Positions 49,160 to 60,000 of a stretch of 60,000 bases of DNA are shown piece by piece. Every line of letters begins with the position of its first letter. The first letter of the stretch is position 1. The stretch is taken from contig OZ076409.1 of the NCBI GenBank assembly GCA_964187785.1, positions 6,822,001 to 6,882,000 on the forward strand. Direction: 5' to 3'. The position numbers were made by a program, and so were the translations under genes. Source of the stretch: Amphiscolops sp. MND2022 (taxonomy: Eukaryota). Under the pieces are notes generated by a model. It was not told where the DNA came from and did not search any database. It worked only from the letters and a program-made list of their open reading frames with translations.

Positions 49160-50240
49160 CACTGAATACTTTCTCGCACAAAACAACCTGGCAAATACGT
49201 GGTGGCGTGATTGTACCAGGATGCACATTTGCATGGTGTGACTACCCTCGAATTTGAATTGATAATGTCTTTATTTGTTTCAACTCGATAAGCTTTGAGA
49301 GTCCTTCCTTGCAGTTGTTGATCCGTTGGCACTATGATATCCTGCTTTCTAATTGCTAGAGATTTCTGTTTTGCTCGTTTTCAACAACTGATAGTTTTTC
49401 TGTCATATTTGAAAATGGCGGAAATCGGGTTAGTTACTCCAAAATGAAGTTACCGGGGACATCTTGATCAGGATTCGGACCTGGGGCCTCGCATTATCAG
49501 AAACGCATATGCCAGATGCTTCGATATATTCCATGATCTCATTGCCTCATAGGACTTCAAAGAAACGGGACAAACGCTCAGGAGTCATACCGCCCGAAAA
49601 TATTTGATAGTGAGATAATCCATGAGTACTTGATACCGCAAGGCAAATTATGATATTCGGTCCACGTTCCCCCTACTTTCCGATAGGTTTTTCCTCCCTT
49701 CCTCGAACGTCCTTGTATGAATATTCACATCAGACTCATCAATGAAAAACTTGTTTCCAATCACGGCATGTGGACCCATAAGCCAGAGTGCATTCTTATT
49801 TCGTTCTTCATTAGGCGCAATTATTTTCGCTTTGCCGGCTCATCCGAGGGGCACTTTCATTGTAAGGAGACATCCATATAGAGCGTACGATAGCGCTTGG
49901 TAGCTAAACATGGGCTTCTCTGGACATGCGTGGTGTATTTTGGCGTTAAGTTCTCTTGAGGCTAACAGGGGATACTTTGCATAAACTCATTTGCTTTATC
50001 TACGTACCGGTCCAATTTTCGGTAAGCGCTTCTTCCTCCCCTCCTCGATATCTGTTATACGCGGAACCTTTGCGAATCGTGCTATATGCAGTGGTTTTAG
50101 TGGTTGGAAGAATTGCCGCTATCTGTATGGAATCTTTGTTAGCTTCGTATGCATTAACAATCCGTTTCTTATCTTGTTGCGAAATTCAGGAATATGGTCG
50201 AAGGCACGAGACTCAGGAAGCAGGTGCTAATCACATCTTG
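49160..50240 (-). pseudogene. Decayed IS630/Tc1-type transposase (not in the ORF track as one piece)
   Basis: Minus-strand fragments: HTH-like RISQQDKKRIVNAYE...TTAYSTIR...RGG, FFIDES (~49740), RGPNIIICLAVSSTHG, DNARP (~49495), RFPPFSNMTE and CASWYNH. Confidence 0.7.
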
Positions 50241-51109
50241 GAATCAGTACATTCAATTCCAAGAACATTAGAGATACCAAGTTGTAATATTGCCACATTG
50301 TAGTTAGACGCTAATGACTGAACTGAACACAGTAGAAAGGAGTCCTATTACCTAATTACTTTCTTTCGGAACGTGGATTACCCGCTTTTGAGCTGCGTAT
50401 CCAGCCACGCTGTGTTCAATTGTTGCCTTCATGTTCAGATATCACTACCCCTAAATCTTTACATGCACGAAAGAGTTGACGTTGTTTTTCTTGGCCCTCT
50501 TTTCAAACGCGGGGCTCCTGGACATGCAAAATGCCGGGTACCTTTAGCAGCAACAGACTGGCATAAATCAGAGAACATCAAGAAATGCGCAGCCCCTATC
50601 AACGTGACATTATCACAGAGGAGGCAAAAGGGGGGGGCTATTGGCAGACGAGGGCCCGTCCCGTGCATAAAATCCCATCCTTTCAGATTTCGCCAAGCTG
50701 GCAATTCCGACGCTGGCGGCAGCTTGACGTTACATAATGTACGCCCTCCAAATGGGTTTTCAAGAGAAATATTTTTCAGGTGCCCCGTGGAACCATTTTC
50801 GTCTCTTTTTCAAACGCAACACTTTTAAAGGACCATGTGTCGTATCCCCCCCAAGCGGCCGCGGGGGAAATATAACACAAGGCTTAAATACCATTATGTC
50901 GACATCGTTTGCGTAGGAATTTTGGTCCAACAAATTAATTGATGTCGACATAATCCTATCCATTACATTGACTGTCAGTTAAAAGTTGCTCATTAGATTT
51001 TAAATTTCCGTCGAAATAGGGGCCAAATTGTACGATTTTACCTTGTTTTAAGCGTGAGTTTCTGCTATTTGGGACACTAGAATCACAAGAAGAAACAAAT
51101 TTTTCCAAA

Positions 51110-53260
51110 AATGGATAAAATGTCCAACTGAGGAAAATAGAATTTTTTATAAAAAACAGAGAAACATGGTGACAACATTGATAAAAAACGCCAAACGCCA
51201 GAGTAATTTTGATAGATTAGGAGAGAACCCAAGTGCAAAAATGATTTATCGAAACTTGAAGAGTCATAGGAGGTGTAACCAACCAGCTGTAAAGTTGCCT
51301 GATTTGGAAAAAGTTAATCAATTTTTCACATCCATAGGATCAAAATTAGCCTCGTCTCTTCCTCCTGCGCATCACAAATATGAAATCGATAAACTTCAAA
51401 ATTCTATGGTTTTAAATTACACGAATGAGTTGGAAGTTTCTAAAATAGTTGGAAGTTTAAAAAACAAGAAAAGCAGTGGTCACGATGGTATCAGTAACGA
51501 AATCTTGAAATGCTGTTCTCCAATAATTGAAAAATATTTGGTGCGAAGTTTTAATGACTGTATTGAAAAACAAGTTTTTCCTGAATGTCTGAAAATTGCA
51601 AAAGTGTTACCGCTTTTCAAGAAGGGTGACGAAAGTCAACCAAGTAATTACCGACCTATAAGTCTTCTGAGCTCCCTGAGTAAAGTTTTCGAAAAACTCC
51701 TGCACAAACGAATGGTCAAGTTTTTCAACAAAAACAATCTGTTTACCCCAGTGCAGTATTGCTTCAGAAAAAAATCATCATGCGCACATGCAATAGCCGA
51801 AGTCACTGACTTCATCAGAGGTGAAATTGATAAAAAATCAAGTGGAATTTCCTGTTTTATTGATCTACAGAAAGCTTTTGATTCATTAGACCATGGAATA
51901 CTGTTAGCAAAACTGAGTAACTATGGATTCAGAGGCCCTATATACAATATAATGGTTGACTATCTTTCAAACAGATCACAATATGTATATGCGAACGGGA
52001 ATCGGGGTGATATTGCCAAAATTACAACTGGAGTACCACAAGGGTCAGTTCTAGGTCCCTTCTTGTTTCTCGTATATATCAACGATTTGCCCCAGATCCT
52101 TGGAAACGATAACAAGATGGCACTTTTCGCGGATGACACATCCATAATCTAGTCTGGAAAAACGAATTGTAACATGCAAAACGATTTAGAGTAAATTTGT
52201 GATCGGTTCAATTATAACAAAATGTCACTGAACACCTCGAAATGTGAAACCATGTCATTTGGTAACAACTATCAAAATACGCTCACAGTTCAAAACGAAG
52301 CCATGCCACGAAACACATGCTGTAAGTATTTGGGTGTGTTGATTGACTCGAAGTTGACTTACAGAGATCATATTATTTACGTTGTAAAGAAGCTCAATAA
52401 ATTTTGCGGCCTGATATATAGAGTTCGGGATATCTATCCAATAAAATGTCTATTGTTGTTTTATAATGCGTATGCTAAGTCTGTAATTTGCTATGGACTA
52501 TTGGTTTATGGGAGAGCGGCGAAAATGAACCTTACCAAAATTGAAATGGCACAGAGGAGAATTATCAGAGCTATTTTATTCAAAAAGAAGTTTGACAGCT
52601 TGCAAAACATTCTGCACCAAACCACTTTAAATACAGTTTTTGAATTGTTCATTCAGGATGTATTTCGAGAAATCTTTAATCAACTGAGATCTAATGGTAC
52701 ATCGCAACTTTCGAAACTCATTGCTGAATGGAAACAACGAAAAACGAGAGGATCGATAAAAGGCCTCTTACCAATCCCCTACAGCCGAACGAAAAGTAAA
52801 TCGAAGTCAGTTGAGCATACACTCATCAAAGGCTACAACTGGTTATTGCAAACGGATTTAATGCCTGGTAATATCGAAACCATGACCCAAACGCAAATCA
52901 AAACGTACCTGAAAAATCTAAATAAGCTATATATTACAGATAGTAGTGAACTTTTTGCTTTGTTTTTCCAATGATAAGGTCAGTCGCTGAAATTGAATCA
53001 CAGCCGAAAAATTTATTATTCACATTAGTTGATCAATAAAGGATAAAAGCTTTATTGTGTGAGATAAAGAGACTTCTGAAAAAGGAAGGTTAGATATGAG
53101 TTGGTCTGAATTTGGTTCTCTCTTATACAGGGCAAAAACTCGAAGAGCTGATTATGCTCCTTTTTTGTCCTGCTTGAACGTTTATTTTAGTCTTTTCATA
53201 ATTATGTTGGATTATGTAATCGTTCAAGAAAAATAAACTTTCAAACTTTCAACTTTCAAC
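51110..53260 (+). mobile_element. 5'-truncated LINE (CR1/L2-like group) with an interrupted RT ORF
   Basis: NYRPISLL, FIDLQKAFD, GVPQGSVLGP, LFADD and KYLG motifs. Stops at 52150 and 52192. 3' AATAAA followed by an (ACTTTCA)n tail. Confidence 0.92.
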
Positions 53261-54013
53261 TATTATCAAAAAATTAGGGTAATTTTTTGCTTCAGGTGTC
53301 GAAACAGTTGTAGAGACAATCATCTAATTATTTACATCATATAATATTCTCATCAGTGAAATATTTATGATGATACTGTTTTAGTAATTAATTTGTTCTC
53401 AATTAAGTTTCCATAGAAATATTTCACGTAAATTCAAAAAATTATTCTCCTTTTTTAATTCTCCTTGAAACTCATTTGAGAGAAAATTAATTGCTAAAGC
53501 ACCATCATCTAGAAAAGTGTGCTGGAAAAGGAAAAGTTCCCCATTGTCTTCGTGATGCTTCAGCTTTCCTCTATTTTTAGAAGCTTTTGCCAAACCAATT
53601 GAAAAATTATAAATTATATATCAAACTTCTTATCATTCAAGCTTCTAACCTAATTAAGATTGTTGATTATAGTTTGAAAAACATTAAAAAACACGGGTGA
53701 AAATGTGATTAAAAGCTGTGGACTTAGATTGTTATCAAACAGACTTCAACGCTTAGTGTGGTATTCTAAACCTTGACGCAAATTGGCAGCTGAAACATCT
53801 AAATGCACAAGACTAGTTTTTCAGCGCGTAGTTCAGAAAGAGTCTGAATAATGTTTTGTTCAATTGAAGTAATAGAAGAATTCGGCTCAGGTCTTACTTC
53901 ACTAAGATGCTTTTCGCAGTGAATTTTCCAGATGATATCTTTTTTGAAAACTCTCCATTCTTTTCTGTTACAACCAAACCCCCCCCGCCAAATGTTTTCA
54001 AAATTAGTGCAAA

Positions 54014-54091
54014 TTTTTGGTTTTAGTTTCAAGTGTATTTATGATAATATTTAAATATTATCATAAATACACTTGAAACTAAAACCAAAAA
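54014..54091. repeat. Perfect 78-bp palindrome (39-bp arms, no spacer)
   Basis: TTTTTGG...ATATTT|AAATAT...CCAAAAA is self-complementary. Confidence 0.95.
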
Positions 54092-54688
54092 CCTTCAAAA
54101 TTAGATGTATTCCCAGATTGATAGTTTGGGATCCGGGTATAGACTTTGATCACACTTTCCTCCATATGAAGTCACGCATTCTTGATTTAAAAATCGACAA
54201 CTTCCTGTTTTGTGACTCACAAAAAAATCAATTCAAAGATGATCACAGTCAGGATGTGTGAAAAATGTTTTGTTCAAACAAAGAACTCTTCCACTAGGAT
54301 TTTATTTTCTGTTATGAAAAAAGATTCCATTTTTATTTGGGCCATTTTGAAAATTTTTGTAAAATTCGCCCAAAAATTTTGATGGTTTGCAGAAAAAAGC
54401 CAAACTCTCAAGCAATTATAAATGGTTTTAATTCAATGCAAAATCTGAGTGACTGACTGGCACCTAGAAACAATGTGGCTGGCTGCGCAAATTAAGAAAT
54501 GCGGTCTGTTTATCTAATGCATTTTAGCTAGTTGTCAAATATTTCATATTGAAACTACAGACGAAGCACAAACACGTTTTCTACTGCATTACAACAAGAT
54601 ACACGTGTCGTGTCGTTAAAACATTATTCAACATTTGTGTATTCACAGAGCATCAACTTTGTGGCTGCTGGGGTTTACAAAGTGAGTA

Positions 54689-56272
54689 CCCGTACTGAGA
54701 TCCCATCGCAGTTCATCGATGGCCATCGCAGTCCCATGGGGCCCATCGATGGCCATCAATGGTCCATCGATGGGCATCGATGAGGTTTTTCTAACGTTGA
54801 TCCCATCGATGGGTCATCGATGGACCATCGATGACCCATCGATGGAAATCGAAATTTTCGATCACAAAAATTCGTTCGACTTGCCCGTGTTCAAAATTTC
54901 AACAAAACTCTGGCCATTTAAGTTTTTCATTCAGTCTATTTAAACTTTGTTTGGGATTTCGAGGGTGCCCAAACATTTTATTCAGAAATGAAGTTATACA
55001 TAGTTATCCATATTATTTACCTTTGTGAAAAACCGGATTCTGTTGATTTTCCAGATAAAACGTCCAAATTTTTTGATACAAGAACGTATTTTCAGAGTCA
55101 ATTTTCTGCATATTTCAGATATGTTTTCTTCTTACAAGCAGATGGTTTTCTCAGCAATGGAAGCTTGATTCCGTCGCATTTTCATGCGCATAATTGCAAT
55201 TCTGCCAGGTTTTTTTCTGATTTTCCAGATAAAACGTCCAAATTTTTTGATACAAAGACGTATTTTCAGAGTCAATTTTCTGCATCTTTCAGATATGTTT
55301 TCTTCTTACAAGCAGATGGTTTTCTCAGCAATGGAAGCTTGATTCCGTCGCATTTTCTTGCGTATAATCGCGATTTTGCCAGGTTTTTTGATTTTCCGGA
55401 TAAAATGTCCAAATTTTTTGATACAAAAACGTTTTTTCAGAGTCAAGTTTCTGCATCTTTCAGACCTTTTTTCTTAAAAGCAGATGGCTTTCTCAGCAAT
55501 GGAAGCTCGATTCCGTCGCATTTTCATAGGTATGATTGCAATTTTGCCAGGTTTTCCTGATTTTCCAGAGAAAACTTTCAAATTTTTTGATGTAAAAACG
55601 TATTTTAAGAGCAAAATTTCTGGTATCAGGTCAAAATCGTTTAAGTTAAAATATCCTAGACCTAAATCTCCTAAGCTAAGATCTCCTAGACCTAAATCTC
55701 CTTTATCATAATCTCCTAAATTCGAATTTATAGTTATTTCAAGTTGGGTTCGAAAACTTCGTTCTTTTGAAGTTTTGGTGTTGTTTTTGAATGGAGCCCA
55801 ACTAACGTCCAATGTCGATTCTTTTGGTTTTTCATCGATTATATTTATGTGGATGGGATTTTTTAGAGAACCTGCTCGTTGCTAGTCGTGCTAATGTCAA
55901 CTGTTTTTTATTTGGCCAGCTGAGACTGTAAAAACGGGTTTTTCTTTGGTCCTGATTGGTTTTTCTGAAGGACCTCGGTACATATCCAACATTGGTTTTA
56001 CAAACCTTTCACGTTTTACAAACAATTCAAGGACAAGGCTCCGATATAAGTGATTTTCAGGCTCGAGAAAGCTTGCTCAGGCTCAAAAGGAAATGAAAGT
56101 AGGTTAAAATTAGATATATTTAACCCAAAAATGCTCCACAACTGCCCCCATGCGCTGGGCGATAATTCAAATCCCATCGATGGCCATCGATGGTCCATCG
56201 ATGCCCATCGGAAAAAGTTGCGATGGCCATCGATGGGCCCATCGATGGGATTGAATGGAGTCTCAGTACGGG
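54689..56272. mobile_element. Non-autonomous TIR element (CACTA/EnSpm-like CCC termini, TA TSD)
   Basis: TA|CCCGTACTGAGA...TCTCAGTACGGG|TA with subterminal CCATCGATGG arrays at both ends. Confidence 0.8.
55044..55620. repeat. Minisatellite, ~170-174-bp unit x ~3.3
   Basis: TGATTTTCC(A/G)GA recurs at 55044, 55218, 55389 and 55558. Confidence 0.9.
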
Positions 56273-57362
56273 TACCTACTGAAATGTTCAATGTTCTAGA
56301 GCTTTTATCCTCGACAGTGATTTCGTCCTCAATTGAGGACATCTATTTTTTCGCAATTATCAAAAAAATTACGGATCTTTTCTGTTAATTCCCTCCCCCT
56401 CACAGTAAGCGCGGAAATTTTAATTCCCAACCACTATCAGCGATGAGTTTCAGTTGCAGTTAGAGTTACAAGGAGGCGAAAATTCATTGAGTCGAAATTA
56501 AACAAAAGTATTCAGAGCGTCGAAATAAAAATTAGCTATTCATCGCGTCGAAAAACTCCATATCAGCGATTATTTTCAGGTTATTATTTGAAAAGGTTAG
56601 CATATTTGTTGTATGGCTCGGTCGCTTCGCTCCCTTCGCCAAGTAGCAACATTGAAGCACGGCCATATGGCACGTCGCTCCGCTTCGCTTCGCTCCTGCA
56701 TTTAGGGCACTAGGAGTATGTGAACATAGCTGACTACGTTATCGTAATTAGTTCGATGCTGAGTAGCACACAAATTCAACAAATTAATTCTCTCCTATTT
56801 CAATTTTCAACCAACCAGAAGCGTTCAATAATTATTTTTCGGCGCGATGAATAGCTTGCAAAATTTCGACGCTTTGAATATTCGACGCTTTGGGAATCCG
56901 CCGAGTTACAAACAGGCGTGTTCAAAAATAATTATGGGTAAGAATAATTATAATAAATAAAATAAAAATAATTTATTTTTACACTCAAATTAATAAAAAT
57001 AATTATTTTTGGACCTATTAGAATAAAAATATTTATTCTTGAGATAACTGAAAGTAAGAGCATTTAATTCAACATATCGTCAGCCAATTAAATTTGAGCT
57101 GATTTCTTGAAATACCTTTGTCAGGTACCTGGTCTACTGTCTCAAAAGGTCGAAGAGTCCATTAAAAAAGCCCTGTCGTCGCGTTTTGGCCTGATTATGG
57201 ATGGCTAATTTAAGTCTTTGTTGTTATCTGTTTTTCGCTGCGAATAAAAATTATTTCAGCAATAAAAATGGTGAAATTATCTATTTTTTCCAGCTTGAAA
57301 ATATAATAATTTACTTTTAAGCAATGATAATATTCGAATAAAATATTGAACACCTCTGCAGA

Positions 57363-57652
57363 TGCCATGATCTTGACAACCGTTCCATGTATCATGTTTT
57401 GCCATGATCTTCACAGGGGTACCATGGTTAACCATGATTTAGCAAGATTAACCATGATCATGGCAAGCGTTCCATGGCTTCGAACACTGGGGTATTTTGT
57501 AATGTACCATGGTTACAAAATACCCCAGTGTTCGAAGCCATGGAACGCTTGCCATGATCATGGTTAATCTTGCTAAATCATGGTTAACCATGGTACCCCT
57601 GTCAAGATCATGGCAAAACATGATACATGGAACGGTTGTCAAGATCATGGCA
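57363..57652. repeat. Near-perfect palindrome, 140-bp arms and 10-nt spacer
   Basis: 57363-57502 is the reverse complement of 57513-57652, with one mismatch seen. Confidence 0.95.
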
Positions 57653-58475
57653 AGATAACCATGGTAAGACATGTGAGCTGCTTTTTATTGTATAATTTAT
57701 TCTTTTCACAAAAATATTCTTGTCGTCTCCAATTTCCGAATAAGCCGTTGTGATAACTTCAGACATAACCTTTATTTATCGAAAAAAGTTTTTACAACTG
57801 GAAAGTATCCAACACTTCTCAAAAATTTGCACCCATTGACCGAGTTATGGTACTTGAGAGTACGGCATTGTTACTACTATCATAATTTATCATACAAAGC
57901 ACCCAGGTTTTCGATCTTTGCGAATCTGTGCAGATTCGAAGAAAAATGACCTTCTCAGAAACACAATAAAAACCCCACAGCAATGTCAAACGAATAATAA
58001 AAATGTTTAAAACCCGAGAGAAATCTCATTTATGTCAAAATGATGAAACATTTTTCTGCAGCAATCTGTACAGATCTGTAGAGTTTTGCAGATCTTTACA
58101 GATTCAAACAATGACCAGTAAATTACTATAACGTATTCCTAGTTACCAAAAAAATATTAAAATTACTCCAACAAACCATGTCCCCGAAATATTACAACAA
58201 TAACACTTTATCAACACATCTACCAACCCAGAAGGTTGCCACATGTCAAATTTCATCCGTCAAAACGAAGTCAATAAGACATACGAGCTTCTCAAAGTTC
58301 AACAACTACTTCTGGAAAGTTCAAGTGAAATGGATAAATTACGGTGTATAACCAATACGGCGCATTCTCCAGTCACCAAAACAACTGTGATGGGGACAAA
58401 TTTTCCTTCTCGAGAATTTTGAGTGATCGAGAGTATCAACTGACTAACCCTTGGTCAGCTAAAATAGTTGATGAA

Positions 58476-58542
58476 GTAGTTAAAGAAGTCCAAAAATGCA
58501 GTATATTGCCAATATACTGCATTTTTGGACTTCTTTAACTAC
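58476..58542. repeat. Perfect palindrome, 33-bp arms and 1-nt spacer
   Basis: GTAGTTAAAG...TATTG C CAATA...CTTTAACTAC. Confidence 0.95.
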
Positions 58543-60000
58543 CTCTTTAATCATACTTCTTTAACACTTCTTTAACCAGTGGTTCCTTAGAAGCTGCCGA
58601 AAAACATATTTCTGCAAAAAATCTTTAAAGAAAATCTGCACACTTCTGTGAAGATCTTGCAGATCTGTATGGATCTTCAAGATTATTCAGTGCAACGATC
58701 TTTGCAGAACCCTGCAGAAAAATTCCTGCAGATCTGCACAGATCTGCACAAACCTGGGCAAACTCCGAATCAAGTTATTGCAACTTGCGGGTTGGCTATA
58801 TCGGTGTGAAAACCATCTTTTCTAGCTATGATTGGTTAATCTTGCTAAAACCTCACCTATTCAGGTAACTGTTAAAATTACTGAAATTCGAGAATGCAAT
58901 AGAAACTAGTGCAATAAAAATGAATAGAATTAGAAAATAAGAGTTACCAAAAAACGGAATTTATTACCATGGAACCCTTGTCAAGAACATGGTTAATCGT
59001 GGCATCCTTGCCAAGATCACAGTTAGCCTTTGCACGATCTTCCATGGCCATGGTATCCTTGCCAAGATCATGGCAAGATCTTGGCAAGGCTAGCAAGGAA
59101 CTTGCCATGGATCTTGGCAAAGATACCATGGCTTCGAACACTGGGACTGCGATTTGATTGGTTGTTACTTTTAATTCAATGATAATTTCACTTGACCGCT
59201 TAACTGGGGGGAATTAAATTGGTGGGGGGGGGAGTTAACAGAGAAGGTTCTAGGAAATTACCCCCAAGGAACTTACGCCCAAGGAAATTGCGCCCAAAGA
59301 AATTACGTCCATACGGAAATTACGTATTTCCCATACGGAAATAATTTCCTTGGGCGTAATTTCCGGACACCAACAGAAAAGATCCAAAATTACGAAACAC
59401 AAACATAGAAAAACAAAAATTTGCCTTTATGATCGGGGTGAGTTGTTAACTAGGGTGATATTAACTAGGGCGAGTTGTTGATTTTTTTTGTTAGTTGTTC
59501 CGAGTCACGGGCAAAAAACTAACTGAAAAAAAGAGAAAATTTGCTGAAAAGTCCATTTCAAAAAGTTGCTTTTCCTCGACAACAAGGCCACATTTTGCTA
59601 AGTTACTGTCCCACTCTAGTGAGACAGTAGGCAACCATTGAAAACGCAATTGGAAGCTTTTTTCAATGAAGCTTCAGTTATGAGTGCAACCGGAATTTGG
59701 TTCGTCAATTCCTGACAATTTTTCAATTTCTCTGTCTACTGTCGAGGTTATAGTTTCACGCATGTTACAAGAAGCTTACAGATCGAGAAATAGTTATTGA
59801 AACGTGGAACGTACTCCAACAGAAAACAGCGATTTTTTTTCGGACATAGTGGAGGGGTCTCGGGAATTTTTTTTTGAAATTGCTTGGTTGAGGTGTTTTT
59901 TTGGTCGGCACTTTTCAAGAAAAGTGCCCGACTCTTACAGTGGGTAGTTCTTTAGACGCGTAAGGTACACTTTATTGTTCATTTGTTCAACAACTTGAAC

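Larger units (their letters stand above)
56373..59385. mobile_element. Nested MITE cluster inside a split copy of the 46411 MITE
   Basis: Outer TIRs with AAAATTAC TSD. Inner elements at 56472-56902 (GAGTTACAA TSD), ~56913-57358, ~57524-59145, 57902-58758 and 59246-59371. Confidence 0.75.

Noticed and set aside
54988..55560. 190-aa repeat protein
   Set aside because: It coincides with a minisatellite inside a non-autonomous transposon, so the open frame is probably incidental.

Overview
AT-rich, transposon-dense eukaryotic (animal-like, spliceosomal introns) DNA with no prokaryotic features. The main feature is a young, complete 15.8-kb Ty3/Gypsy LTR retrotransposon on the minus strand (3566-19383). 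It has ~1.75-kb LTRs that are ~99% identical, a GTCAC target-site duplication (TSD), a PBS, a PPT, and gag / -1 frameshift / pol. Its architecture is unusual in three ways: gag starts inside the LTR and reads through the PBS; a 272-aa ORF reads through the PPT into the 3' LTR; and between pol and the 3' LTR lies an antisense, intron-containing ~1,160-aa gene that looks like a catalytically dead hAT-transposase derivative with a BED-like zinc finger. The rest of the window holds a second, non-autonomous LTR family with apparent 3-bp TSDs, Helentron-like and Mutator/CACTA-like MITEs, two decayed Tc1/IS630 transposases, a 5'-truncated LINE, a tRNA-derived SINE head, a 3.9-kb tandem duplication with a partial inverted copy, and three near-perfect palindromes. 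There are also exons of two probable host genes: the 3' end of a membrane protein with a PDZ-binding tail, and the 5' end of a secreted protein. All family assignments come from motif reading by eye; no searches were run.
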